Below, piece after piece: positions 50,804 through 62,154 of a DNA stretch of 64,000 bases. Origin of the DNA: a candidate division FCPU426 bacterium (GTDB lineage: Bacteria > Oederibacteriota > Muellerivitia > Muellerivitales > Muellerivitaceae); assembly GCA_963830915.1 (NCBI GenBank), contig CAWHOE010000051.1, positions 32,001 to 96,000 on the forward strand, written 5' to 3'. The number at the start of each line of letters is the position of its first letter. The first letter of the stretch is position 1. The position numbers were made by a program, and so were the translations under genes. Under the pieces are notes generated by a model. The model saw nothing but the letters and a program-made list of their open reading frames with translations, was not told the DNA's origin and did no database searches.

Positions 50804-51886
50804 ATGATCTCGACCTCGATATTGATCAACAAATTATTGGAACAATGTCAACAACAGAGACCAAATCGTTACCATTTGGAAGCTTGTTGTATTGAGATAC
50901 TTGAAAACTTTCAATTTGATTGTGTTTTTGTAGCTTATGCTGCCAACGCTGAGGATGAACTTAAAGTTATGGCCTTTAATGGTAGAGAAGAAATTGTTGA
51001 TACCAGTTTATACCGATTGGGAATGGAAGAAAGAACAGCTTTAGCAAGGTCCAACCAAAATACTTACTCTGATATGACAGGGAAACCTGTTTTCAACAAA
51101 TCTGGCTCTCTCAGGATTCAAAAACCCAATAGCGGTATTTTCATGGTTTTGAACCATCCTAAAACCGATTACATTTTATGGGGTTGCGCTCATTTAGAAC
51201 CTCGGCCTTATGATGATGAGTTAAAAGCAGAGTTAAAAAAAATATGGGAGGAATGGAAGGAACCGCTTTGTGAAGCAATCCATAAAGTCATAACCCCGCC
51301 GAAAGAGGATTTACCTGCAACCCCATCAGATTCTTTACAAAAACCAATGGAGGGAAAGGACAATTCGAAAACTTCAGAATCCATCTCCATCCTGGTTGGC
51401 ACAATTAAAAGGCCTACATTGCTCGTCGATGAAGTAACACGACTATTCAATAAGGATTACTTTGAAGAGTGTTTAGCCATTGAAGTGGAAAGAGCCAAGC
51501 GTTATTCAAGGCAGTTGAGCTTGATATTTTTAAGTGTGACGCCCCTACATCCTGAGGACTCACGACTTGATGACCAGATTGCCGGCCAAATTGCTGAAAT
51601 ACTCTCGAAAAGTTTAAGACGGGTAGACGTACTCTGTCGTTTAGAAAAAGACAAATATGCCATCATTCTTCCTGATACGGCGACCAATACTTACGGAATC
51701 ATCGCTAAACGAATTTTCAAATACTTTAAACAAGTGATGGGTGATGCACCTCCTGTAACCTTGAATATCAGTGCATCTACCTATCCACAACACGCAGATA
51801 ATCATATTTCCTTGTTCAAAAACGCTGAAAAATTATTGACTCAAGCAAAAGAAGTCGGCCCTAACAAGGCTGTCTTGCCGGAATGA
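50804..51886 (+). CDS. degenerate GGDEF-domain protein with retained RxxD I-site
   Basis: DEVTRLFNKDYF...LRRVDVLCRLEKDKYAIILP (EKDKY in place of GGDEF). Confidence 0.8.
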   Translation: MISTSILINKLLEQCQQQRPNRYHLEACCIEILENFQFDCVFVAYAANAEDELKVMAFNGREEIVDTSLYRLGMEERTALARSNQNTYSDMTGKPVFNKSGSLRIQKPNSGIFMVLNHPKTDYILWGCAHLEPRPYDDELKAELKKIWEEWKEPLCEAIHKVITPPKEDLPATPSDSLQKPMEGKDNSKTSESISILVGTIKRPTLLVDEVTRLFNKDYFEECLAIEVERAKRYSRQLSLIFLSVTPLHPEDSRLDDQIAGQIAEILSKSLRRVDVLCRLEKDKYAIILPDTATNTYGIIAKRIFKYFKQVMGDAPPVTLNISASTYPQHADNHISLFKNAEKLLTQAKEVGPNKAVLPE

Positions 51887-51912
51887 TTATTCAATGGAAC
51901 GATTTCTAATCC

Positions 51913-53046
51913 ATGTTTAAAACCGGTGATACTTTGAATGAGCGTATGTCACTTTTAGCCCTTCATTTAAGCGGTGTTGTCGGTCCCAGAAGATTGAAAT
52001 CGGTTAGGAGCACATTTCCAATACTGGGAGCTGTCTTTGGAACCACGGAAGATCTTCTCTCAAACCTAGAGGACTGGAACCCATCTTCAGCACGAAAAGT
52101 ATTATCCCTAACCGATCCACTTGGCAGGGTCCAAGAAGAATTGGAAAAAGCCCAAAGCCAAGGCATCCGAGTTCTGGTGGATGGGGATGTGGACTTCCCG
52201 GATGTATTCAAGGACCTTTATGATCCGCCTTTTGTACTTTGGTGTCAGGGAACATTATTGCCTTCTGACAGAAACTCGATTGCGGTGATTGGTTGTCGCA
52301 AGCCCAGCAGTTATGGAAGGTCAGCTGCCCTGAAAATATCCGAAAACGTTGTCCGGGCTGGTTATACGGTTGTATCGGGGCTGGCTAGAGGTATTGATTC
52401 TTTAGCTCATATCGGGGCTTTGAAATATCCCGGTGGCAGAACGATTGCTTTTTTAGGAAGTGGTCTTTCTCACATTTACCCACCGGAAAATAGGAAATTA
52501 GCCCAAGAAATAGTTGATAGGGGTTGCCTTGTGAGTGAGTATCCCCTTTACTCAAAGCCGCTTTCTATGCATTTCCCTCAACGGAATAGGCTTATCAGTG
52601 GAGCTTCAAAAGGAGTACTGGTCGTGGAGGCTAAAAAAGATAGTGGTTCATTTATTACCGTTGACCATGCGCTTGAACAAGGGCGCCCTGTGTTTGCCAT
52701 TCCTGGCCCTATTACCCATGAACAATCGGAAGGTACTCACGCACTCATTCAACAGGGAGCGAAATTAGTAACGAATGTTGAGGATATATTTCATGAATTG
52801 CAAGATCTTAGGGCCGAGACACTTTACAAATCCAGGCCTTTAACGGAAACGCAAATGGCAACTGAATTGGAACTAACTACTGAAGAAAAAGGCCTATTAG
52901 ATAAACTTACTTTTACACCCGCCCATGTGGATGCAATCGTAAGAGAAACTCAGATCCCATCTCGACGTTTAAACGAGATACTGCTAACGCTTGAGATAAA
53001 AGGTAAGGTTCAGCAAACTCCGGGTCATTGTTATTTCAAAATCTGA
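51913..53046 (+). CDS. dprA: DNA-processing protein A
   Basis: VSGLARGIDS, FPQRNRLISG, VVEA, GRPVFAIPG. Confidence 0.95.
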   Translation: MFKTGDTLNERMSLLALHLSGVVGPRRLKSVRSTFPILGAVFGTTEDLLSNLEDWNPSSARKVLSLTDPLGRVQEELEKAQSQGIRVLVDGDVDFPDVFKDLYDPPFVLWCQGTLLPSDRNSIAVIGCRKPSSYGRSAALKISENVVRAGYTVVSGLARGIDSLAHIGALKYPGGRTIAFLGSGLSHIYPPENRKLAQEIVDRGCLVSEYPLYSKPLSMHFPQRNRLISGASKGVLVVEAKKDSGSFITVDHALEQGRPVFAIPGPITHEQSEGTHALIQQGAKLVTNVEDIFHELQDLRAETLYKSRPLTETQMATELELTTEEKGLLDKLTFTPAHVDAIVRETQIPSRRLNEILLTLEIKGKVQQTPGHCYFKI

Positions 53047-53182
53047 CCCGCATGGAGAACTCGGCCGTTTGTTGGCTTATCTATATGAGTTTCTGGACAT
53101 TGAGAACGACTAAGATGTTTAAAAAAGTATTTGGTTTTGCTTCTATTTGAACCCGATCAGAACCCACTCCTTTGTGGAAAAC

Positions 53183-53211
53183 TTGACAAACTTTGCAGGC
53201 CTGCCTATTCT
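53183..53211 (+). promoter_or_regulatory. sigma70 promoter of topA
   Basis: TTGACA-17 nt-TATTCT. Confidence 0.6.
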
Positions 53212-53274
53212 TGCCCAATTGCTGATAAAGCTTTTATGATTTGTATTCCCATTAACGTGTGAACGGAGAAGGAA

Positions 53275-55635
53275 GTGGCAAAAGCCAAGACGAAGAAAGC
53301 GGAAGCTAAAAAACTCGTCATCGTGGAGTCTCCTTCGAAAGCAAAAACTATCAATAAATATCTTGGCTCCGACTATGTGGTCCTTGCTTCCAAAGGACAT
53401 TTGATCGATCTTCCGAAAAGTAAGCTGGGCGTTGACCTAACCAATAACTTTGAACCCCAATACATACCTATCCGTGGTAAAGCATCCATCATCAAGGAGC
53501 TTAAAAAAGCCGCCCAAAAATCACAGGCAGTCTATTTAGCGGCAGACCCGGACCGTGAAGGGGAAGCAATCGGTTGGCATATCCGTAATTTTCTATCGGC
53601 CATGCCCAAGGTCCCTGTTATCTATCGTTTAAGGCTTAACGAGATCACAAAAATGGCGATTGAGGAGGCCATTTTATCCCCTAGTGAAGTGGACATTAAT
53701 ATGGTCAATGCCCAACAAGCCCGGAGGGTTCTCGATCGACTGGTTGGGTATGGAATTAGCCCGTTACTTTGGAAAAACATACGACGCGGATTGTCGGCAG
53801 GTCGCGTCCAATCGGTGGCCTTGCGTTTGATTTATGAACGTGAAAAAGAGATTGAGGCATTCAAGCCGGTTGAATATTGGACATTGGAGTTAGATTTCCT
53901 CACCGAGGATGGAAGAATAATCAGAACTAGGCTCGCAAAGATCGATGGAGAGAAGCCTGATCTTAAGACCCAGACAGAAACCCAGGCATTGATTGAAAGG
54001 CTCATGGGAGCTGTTTTCATGGTTTCGGCTGTTCTTCATAGGGAAAAGTCCAAGAAGCCTCCAATGCCTTTTACTACCTCAAAACTACAACAGGAAGCTT
54101 ATAAGCAATTGAGGTTTGGCGCTCGAAAGACGATGTCCATCGCTCAAGGATTGTATGAAGGTATTGAGATAGGAGAATCCGCCCCTGTCGGGTTGATCAC
54201 CTATATGCGTACTGACTCTAAAAGAATTTCCCCTGATGCAAAAGCCGAGGCGGGCAAGTTTATTTCCCATACCTATGGTGAAAAATACTTATCCCCAGGG
54301 GATAGAGATACTTCCAGCAAGCAAAAAATCCAGGACGCCCACGAAGCGATCAGGCCTACCTCGGTGTTTCGCTCGCCCGATCAGGTCAAGCAATACCTGA
54401 CCCCTGAACAATTCAAGCTTTACAAATTGATTTGGGAAGACTTCTTAGCCAGTCAAATGGCCGCGGCTCTATACCGTGAAACAAGCGTTGAAATCACTGG
54501 TAACAACGTGGTTTTTCGGGCCACTGGTACTGAAACGCTTTTTGAAGGATTTACAAAGGTATATGAGGAAGCGGCGGATGAGGATAAGAAGGAGGGACCT
54601 GCGGAAGGCGTTGAGGCAACTCAAGAAGTGAATCCCAACAAGCTTTCTGGCATTGAGGAAGGCCAAAAAATGACGTGGAAAGAGCCTGTGCCTGAACAAC
54701 ACTTTACACAGCCACCACCTCGATTTACTGACGCATCCATGATCAAAACATTGGAAGAAATGGGTATCGGGCGTCCCTCTACCTATGCGCCAACATTAGA
54801 GACTATTCAAACCAGGCATTATGTTAAGAAGGAAAATGGACGTTTTTTTCTTGCTGAACTTGGCAATCTGGTACTTGAAATCCTTATGAAGAACTTTCCG
54901 GTCATTTTAGATTATGCTTTCACAGCAAAAATGGAAGGGGAATTAGATCGGGTTGAATCGGGAGAACAGGAATGGCATACCGTCATCGCCGAATTCTATG
55001 CACCTTTCAAGGATAGTTTGGCCGAAGCAGAAAAATTGATTGGTGAGGAAAAGGCCAAAATTGAGCAAATCAGTGATATCCCCTGCGAGAAATGTGGGCA
55101 GATGATGATCGTCAAATGGGGAAGGCATGGAAAATTCCTGGCTTGTTCAAAATATCCTGAATGCCAGAGTACGAAGAGCTTGAAAGAAACTTCAGACGGA
55201 TCTATCCAGGTCGATACAGATACCGTGACCGATGAAAAATGTCCGAAATGTGGTAACGCGATGATTGTTAAGATGGGAAGGTTTGGAAAGTTCCTTGCTT
55301 GTTCTAAATATCCGGAATGTAAAACAGCCAAACCTATTTCTCTCAAAATCCCTTGCCCTCTTGGGTGTGGCGGAGAAGTGGTTTCTAGAAGAGCGATGAG
55401 GGGGACCGTATTCTATGGTTGTAACCGTTACCCAGACTGTCAATTCCGTTCATGGAATAAACCTGTCAATAGGGCTTGTCCCCAATGCAACAATCCGTTC
55501 TTGGTTGAAAAATACACCAAGACCTTAGGGCCACATATATCGTGCCCAAATAAGGAATGTGATTATAAAGAATTCCCCAAGTCGGATGAGGCGCCCCCCA
55601 AACCAGCTGAACCGGCGCCCACACCTTCGATCTGA
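53275..55635 (+). CDS. topA: DNA topoisomerase I
   Basis: LVIVESPSKAKTI, DPDREGEAI, SAGRVQS, ITYMRTDS, C-terminal C4 zinc ribbons. Confidence 0.98.
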   Translation: MAKAKTKKAEAKKLVIVESPSKAKTINKYLGSDYVVLASKGHLIDLPKSKLGVDLTNNFEPQYIPIRGKASIIKELKKAAQKSQAVYLAADPDREGEAIGWHIRNFLSAMPKVPVIYRLRLNEITKMAIEEAILSPSEVDINMVNAQQARRVLDRLVGYGISPLLWKNIRRGLSAGRVQSVALRLIYEREKEIEAFKPVEYWTLELDFLTEDGRIIRTRLAKIDGEKPDLKTQTETQALIERLMGAVFMVSAVLHREKSKKPPMPFTTSKLQQEAYKQLRFGARKTMSIAQGLYEGIEIGESAPVGLITYMRTDSKRISPDAKAEAGKFISHTYGEKYLSPGDRDTSSKQKIQDAHEAIRPTSVFRSPDQVKQYLTPEQFKLYKLIWEDFLASQMAAALYRETSVEITGNNVVFRATGTETLFEGFTKVYEEAADEDKKEGPAEGVEATQEVNPNKLSGIEEGQKMTWKEPVPEQHFTQPPPRFTDASMIKTLEEMGIGRPSTYAPTLETIQTRHYVKKENGRFFLAELGNLVLEILMKNFPVILDYAFTAKMEGELDRVESGEQEWHTVIAEFYAPFKDSLAEAEKLIGEEKAKIEQISDIPCEKCGQMMIVKWGRHGKFLACSKYPECQSTKSLKETSDGSIQVDTDTVTDEKCPKCGNAMIVKMGRFGKFLACSKYPECKTAKPISLKIPCPLGCGGEVVSRRAMRGTVFYGCNRYPDCQFRSWNKPVNRACPQCNNPFLVEKYTKTLGPHISCPNKECDYKEFPKSDEAPPKPAEPAPTPSI

Positions 55636-55647
55636 TAAAGGACTGTC

Positions 55648-56511
55648 ATGAAAGATTCGATCGAAAAAGCCAGAATCTTGATAGAGGCCTTTCCTTACAT
55701 CCGCCAATGGTTCGGGGCCACTGTCGTGGTCAAATATGGAGGTAGTACCAGATCCGGGTCAGAAGAATTGAAAACGACCCTTCAGGACATCGTGTTAATG
55801 AAGTTTGTCGGTATGCGTCCGGTAGTGGTTCATGGTGGTGGGAAAGATATCACTCGTTTGACTGAAAAATTAGGGATTCATTCTCAATTCGTTGATGGCC
55901 TAAGGGTCACCGATCTACCCACGATGGAAGTGGTGGAAATGGTTCTCGGTGGGAAGATTAACAAAGAACTAGTTGCTGCTATCCAACAATTAGGCGGTCA
56001 GGCTGTGGGCTTATCGGGGAAAGATGGCGGAATGTTAGAAGCTTCTCGAGTCAAATCAAAATCAGGAAAAGATATTGGGTTTGTTGGTAAGGTTTCCAAA
56101 GTGAATACAGCCATATTAGAGATTTTAGATAAAGAGCAATTCATTCCGGTCATCGCGCCCTTGGGTCTTGGTAAAGATGGGAAAACTTATAATGTTAACG
56201 CTGATGAAGCCGCAGGGGCCATTGCGGTTGCTTTAAAAGCTGAAAAACTTGTGTTCTTGACAAATGTTCCAGGGATCTGCAAAAAGAAAGAAGATCCAAA
56301 AAGTCTAATGTCTTCAGTGAAATCGTCGGAAGTGCCTCGGCTGATCAACAAAAAGATCATTTCGGGTGGAATGATCCCGAAAGTTGAGGCTTGTCTTTAT
56401 GCCTTGAAATCAGGAGTCAAAAAGACCCATATTATCGATGGGACTGAAGCCCACGCCTTATTGTTAGAGATTTTCACACCGGAAGGTGTTGGGACACAGA
56501 TTATTCCCTAA
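55648..56511 (+). CDS. argB: acetylglutamate kinase
   Basis: VVKYGG, VHGGG, GLRVTD, YNVNAD, GGMIPKV. Confidence 0.96.
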   Translation: MKDSIEKARILIEAFPYIRQWFGATVVVKYGGSTRSGSEELKTTLQDIVLMKFVGMRPVVVHGGGKDITRLTEKLGIHSQFVDGLRVTDLPTMEVVEMVLGGKINKELVAAIQQLGGQAVGLSGKDGGMLEASRVKSKSGKDIGFVGKVSKVNTAILEILDKEQFIPVIAPLGLGKDGKTYNVNADEAAGAIAVALKAEKLVFLTNVPGICKKKEDPKSLMSSVKSSEVPRLINKKIISGGMIPKVEACLYALKSGVKKTHIIDGTEAHALLLEIFTPEGVGTQIIP

Positions 56512-56583
56512 TATTCTCCCATTTTGATAAAAGATATCCTTCGAATCCCCTTAATCAACCACTTGATAGTTCTCTCTTGATTC

Positions 56584-56631
56584 CCGCAACCTATGGTATA
56601 ATCCGGCGGTTAAGTTTTTTAGATGTAGTGG
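56584..56631 (+). promoter_or_regulatory. tandem NrdR-box-like sites overlapping an extended -10 (TGGTATAAT) upstream of nrdR
   Basis: CCGCAACCTATGGTAT (56584) and TTTTTAGATGTAGTGG (56616), starts 32 nt apart. Confidence 0.55.
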
Positions 56632-56661
56632 TTCTGGCATCCCTCTCTTTAGGAGAAGGTT

Positions 56662-57120
56662 ATGAAGTGCCCCTTTTGTGGTCATCAAGAAGATAAAGTT
56701 ATGGATTCTCGCCCAAGCAAGGGCGGATCGGCTATTCGTAGAAGACGCGAGTGTTTAAAGTGCGAAAAGCGTTTTACGACATACGAACAGATTGAAGAGA
56801 TCCTTCCCATGGTCGTGAAGCGTGACGGCCGCCGGGAGCCCTTTGATCGTTTAAAGATCGTGGCTGGCATCCGTAAAGCTGTTGAGAAACGACCAGTTTC
56901 TTCTGAACGTATAGAAGCCTTGGTTGACGACATCGAAAATAACTTAATGGAACGAGCTGCTAAAGAGATCAACTCAACAGAGATCGGGGAAATGGTCATA
57001 CGACGTTTACAAGATCTCGATGACGTGGCTTATGTACGCTTCGCAAGCGTTTATCGTCAATTCAAGGACATCAATGCCTTTATGGACGAAGTGAAAAGGC
57101 TATTGGCTAGAAAAAGTTAA
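56662..57120 (+). CDS. nrdR: transcriptional repressor NrdR
   Basis: MKCPFC, IRRRREC..C..RFTTYE, ATP cone, [10 protein letters not shown]. Confidence 0.97.
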   Translation: MKCPFCGHQEDKVMDSRPSKGGSAIRRRRECLKCEKRFTTYEQIEEILPMVVKRDGRREPFDRLKIVAGIRKAVEKRPVSSERIEALVDDIENNLMERAAKEINSTEIGEMVIRRLQDLDDVAYVRFASVYRQFKDINAFMDEVKRLLARKS

Positions 57121-57180
57121 ATTCCAGCAGTCTAGAAAAATTCAACCATAAATTATAGTTATAGGAAAGGTCGGAGAATT

Positions 57181-58491
57181 ATGGCAAAAATTATCCCTTT
57201 TCGAGGCGTTCGCTTTGACACGACCGATCCTATTTTTCTTCGCAGGGTTATGGCACCTCCGTACGATGTAATCGATTCTAAACAAAAAAAAAGCCTTCTT
57301 TCTTCCAACCTTCATAATGTAATCCGCTTGATTATTGGTAATCCAAGCCATGAAGACCACTTTTCAGGAGATTATCAAAAAGCGAAAAATACTTTTGCTG
57401 CTTGGATAAAAGACTCGACTTTGAAACGCGAGGACAAACCGGCTATTTATATCTACCGTCAGAGTTTTGAAATACATGAAAAGACATACCATCGAACTGG
57501 ATTCATCGCATTATCTCAACTAATTCCTTTTGGTAACAAAAGAGGCGGGATTTTAGCCCACGAACATACATTGAACGGGCCAAAGGCTGATAGATTAAGG
57601 CTTATGAAAGCCTGCAATACGAATTTTAGTTCAATATTTTCACTGTATCCTGATACTCGTGGGGTATCGGGACTATTAAGAAAAGCGTCTTCTGCCAGGG
57701 CTACTTATAGTTTTGAGTATCCACTAGGTATTAAGAATCAGATTTGGATTATTACAGATCCTATCTGGATGGTGCAATTGCAAAAGAAGATGGAGAGCGC
57801 GACTCTGTTTATAGCAGATGGACATCATCGTTATGAAACGGCATTGAATTACCAGGCTTTCCTTTCTCATGGTTCGAAAGGGAAAATCGGCACTCGCCCT
57901 TTTGATTATGTCATGATGATGTTTGTGGCCATGGAAGATCCCGGGCTGGTCATTTTGCCTACTCACAGAATGATGCCGTCTAAAATTATCTCATCACCTG
58001 CTCTATTGTTGAGTCGTCTTTCATCGCTTGGGGAGCTCCATGTTTATCCTATGAAGATAAAAGGTTTGGCGCCTTGGAAATGGTTGCAAAAGATAGGCGC
58101 GAAGAGGCCCGCGATTGGACTTTCTTTCGATGGGAAAAAGCTTTATGCACTTCAATTTTCCAAGGAAGTTATCAAGTCCGAACTTTTAAAGGATGTGTCG
58201 AACGCACAAAAAAAGCTGGACGTCACCTTATTGCATCGACTAATTCTTGAACCGTTTTTTGGAATTACCAAAGAGAAAGTCGAACATGTCCTTTCTTTCA
58301 CAAGTCAGTCAGAAATTGCAGTTCAGAAACTCAAGAAAAATGAGTTTGGAGCTGTTTTCTTCTTGAATCCGACCAGAATCGAACAATTAAAAGAAATTGC
58401 TTTAAATAAAGAAAGAATGCCTCAGAAATCAACCTATTTTTTTCCAAAGCTTGTCACCGGAGTTGTATTTAATCGTTTGGACTCTTTTTAG
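57181..58491 (+). CDS. DUF1015 family protein
   Basis: PFRG, PPYDVI, HEHT, IADGHHRYETA, MPQKSTYFFPK. Confidence 0.9.
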   Translation: MAKIIPFRGVRFDTTDPIFLRRVMAPPYDVIDSKQKKSLLSSNLHNVIRLIIGNPSHEDHFSGDYQKAKNTFAAWIKDSTLKREDKPAIYIYRQSFEIHEKTYHRTGFIALSQLIPFGNKRGGILAHEHTLNGPKADRLRLMKACNTNFSSIFSLYPDTRGVSGLLRKASSARATYSFEYPLGIKNQIWIITDPIWMVQLQKKMESATLFIADGHHRYETALNYQAFLSHGSKGKIGTRPFDYVMMMFVAMEDPGLVILPTHRMMPSKIISSPALLLSRLSSLGELHVYPMKIKGLAPWKWLQKIGAKRPAIGLSFDGKKLYALQFSKEVIKSELLKDVSNAQKKLDVTLLHRLILEPFFGITKEKVEHVLSFTSQSEIAVQKLKKNEFGAVFFLNPTRIEQLKEIALNKERMPQKSTYFFPKLVTGVVFNRLDSF

Positions 58492-58577
58492 GCTTAAAAA
58501 TAAGGAACAAACGAAGCTCTTTGGTTCTGTTAAGTATTTTATTAACTCTTCTTAAAAACCATTTATAAATGAAAAGC

Positions 58578-58606
58578 TTGCGACACTAAGTAGGGCAAAG
58601 TAAAAT
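58578..58606 (+). promoter_or_regulatory. sigma70 promoter of eno
   Basis: TTGCGA-17 nt-TAAAAT. Confidence 0.55.
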
Positions 58607-58641
58607 CACCTTTCATTTGCCATTGCTGCTGAACCATATGA

Positions 58642-59937
<1,296 letters not shown>

Positions 59938-59947
59938 AGGTTAGACT

Positions 59948-59986
59948 AAAAGGGCGTAACCGAAAGGTTACGCCCTTTTTTATTTT
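59948..59986 (+). terminator. Rho-independent terminator after eno
   Basis: AAAAGGGCGTAACC-GAAA-GGTTACGCCCTTTTTTATTTT. Confidence 0.9.
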
Positions 59987-60917
59987 GGGGGAGCCATTGC
60001 AGCCAGTCATTTCCAACCAACCTTGCATCCATGATAACGTCACTCAACTTGTCGGCCGGACACCAATGGTCCAAGTTCGGTGCCATGGTGTTCCAAACGT
60101 CAAGGTATATGCCAAGCTTGAGTCCTTTAATCCGGGCGGGTCGGTAAAGGATCGTCCCGCATTACGTATGGTGGAAGAAGGAATTAAGTCTGGGCAATTA
60201 ACAAAAAGCAAAGCCATCTTGGACGCTACTTCTGGCAATACCGGTATCGCTTATGCCATGATCGGCGCCACTTTGGGATACAGGGTGGTATTGGCCATGC
60301 CAGCCAATGTTAGCGATGAGCGTAAACGAATACTGAGGTCCTTCGACGCGGAAGTCAACTATTCCAGCCCCATGGAAGGATCAGATGGCGCCATCCGACT
60401 CGCCCGTGAGATTTACCGGATGGGTCCCTCCAGATATTTCGTTCCGGATCAATACAACAACCCCGAGAATCCAAATTCACATTATCTTTCCACCGCTGAG
60501 GAGATCATGGAGTTGGTAGGCGATGAAATCACTCATTTCGCCGCCGGCATCGGTACCAGTGGAACCTTAATGGGTACAGGCAAGAGGATACGGGAGATCA
60601 AACCTTCTGTTAGTTTGGTGGCGTTAGAGCCTGCCGAACCCTTCCATGGGTTGGAAGGTTGGAAACATATGGCATCTTCCATTGTTCCTGGGATATACAA
60701 TGCATCCCTTTATCAGGAAAAAATGCCAATCGATACGGATCTGGCTTATGAAATGGTCAAGAAATTGGCTCGTGAGGAGGGTCTTTTGGTCGGACTTTCT
60801 TGCGGAGGCGCAATGGCGGGTTGCGCAATCTTAGCCGAACGGATTCAACGCGGTTGTATCGTAACTATTTTCCCGGATTCGGGGGATAAATACCTGACGA
60901 CAAGGGTGTGGGAATAA
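59985..60917 (+). CDS. cysM: PLP-dependent cysteine synthase (CysM-like)
   Basis: KLESFNPGGSVKDR, ATSGNTG, GIGTSGT, PDSGDKYL. Confidence 0.85.
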   Translation: MGEPLQPVISNQPCIHDNVTQLVGRTPMVQVRCHGVPNVKVYAKLESFNPGGSVKDRPALRMVEEGIKSGQLTKSKAILDATSGNTGIAYAMIGATLGYRVVLAMPANVSDERKRILRSFDAEVNYSSPMEGSDGAIRLAREIYRMGPSRYFVPDQYNNPENPNSHYLSTAEEIMELVGDEITHFAAGIGTSGTLMGTGKRIREIKPSVSLVALEPAEPFHGLEGWKHMASSIVPGIYNASLYQEKMPIDTDLAYEMVKKLAREEGLLVGLSCGGAMAGCAILAERIQRGCIVTIFPDSGDKYLTTRVWE

Positions 60918-61327
60918 TGATCTCTTTTCTTAACGAGACTGTAAAAAAATCTATGATTGATATCGGAGAAAAGGGTTATCCCTATGAGATATGCGGGTTG
61001 ATGTTCGGAAAATCAAGGGATATTCGGGTTATTACAGAAGTCTATGAATGCGGAAATCGTAATAAATTAAAACCTGAGACCAGGTATGACATGGATCCGA
61101 AGGATTACATGAAAGGTGAAGAGTTGGCCAGACAAAAAGGGCTGGAAGTTCTGGGCGTTTTTCATTCGCATCCAGACCATCCGGATCAAGCGTCGGAAAC
61201 GGATCGCGAAGCGGCTTGGCCTGGCTTTTCCTATATCATCATGTCCATCCAAAAAGGTAAATTCCGCACCATGAAATCTTGGGTGTTGGATGAGCAGTCC
61301 CAATTCCAGAACGAACCCATCCAATAA
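60917..61327 (+). CDS. Mov34/MPN/JAB metalloprotease (Mec-like)
   Basis: EICG...HSHPDHP...SETD (JAMM motif). Confidence 0.9.
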   Translation: MISFLNETVKKSMIDIGEKGYPYEICGLMFGKSRDIRVITEVYECGNRNKLKPETRYDMDPKDYMKGEELARQKGLEVLGVFHSHPDHPDQASETDREAAWPGFSYIIMSIQKGKFRTMKSWVLDEQSQFQNEPIQ

Positions 61328-62145
61328 TGTGGGTTTGGTACTCCTTAGGATCCGGATTTTTCAATGCCCTTTGGACATCCCAGATCAAATCTAAGGTACA
61401 AAATGAGAGTGCTCTCACATTTACGGCATCCATCCGTTGGGGAGTTGTAGTTATTCTATTGCCATTTGTTCTCTGGCAATACCAAAGTTTTTCTGCTCGT
61501 TGGTGGTTATACACGATCTTGAGCGGAATATGTGAATCCCTTGGCATTTGGGCTTTAGCAAAAGGAGCCCGAAGGGACTACTATTCCACTTTTGCTTTAA
61601 GTAATATCACCCCGTTGTTCACAGCTATTCTTGCAGTCGCTTTTTTACCCGAAAAGGTGGACAAGTTATTGTGGGTCGGCGTGATCACGGTAATAGAGGG
61701 TATTCTGTGGCTCTATTACCGTGGACATTGGTCCTGGTGGGGGACTGCCTCGGCTTTGATAGGTGCTTTCAGCGGATTATTTAGCAAGTTAGTGATCGCG
61801 GAGTCAGGCCCTATCATCCATGCCTGCTTCTCCTTTGTGGTGGGAGCCTTGTTTTGTTCCGCATTTTCCTTGAGGAAACACGGAAGGAGAAATGCGATCC
61901 TTATCCTCAAGAACGTTTGGACCTACCGCATTTTGATCATTGGTTCCGCTTTAGCCACCTATTGCTTCTATCAAGCGGTCGCCCTGGGCCCGTTGAGCCG
62001 GATGAGCCCCTTGGTTCGGGTCGATATGATCGTCGGATTTTTATTGAGTGTTTTTCATTTAAAAGAGAAACAGGATTGGCAAGGAAGGGGTTTCGGAGCT
62101 GTCGTTCTTTTATCTGGGATAATCATGATCATATGGAATTCATGA
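61327..62145 (+). CDS. EamA/DMT-family transporter
   Basis: About 10 TM helices in two repeats; PLFTAILA...E. Confidence 0.75.
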   Translation: MWVWYSLGSGFFNALWTSQIKSKVQNESALTFTASIRWGVVVILLPFVLWQYQSFSARWWLYTILSGICESLGIWALAKGARRDYYSTFALSNITPLFTAILAVAFLPEKVDKLLWVGVITVIEGILWLYYRGHWSWWGTASALIGAFSGLFSKLVIAESGPIIHACFSFVVGALFCSAFSLRKHGRRNAILILKNVWTYRILIIGSALATYCFYQAVALGPLSRMSPLVRVDMIVGFLLSVFHLKEKQDWQGRGFGAVVLLSGIIMIIWNS

Positions 62146-62154
62146 GGAGGATGT

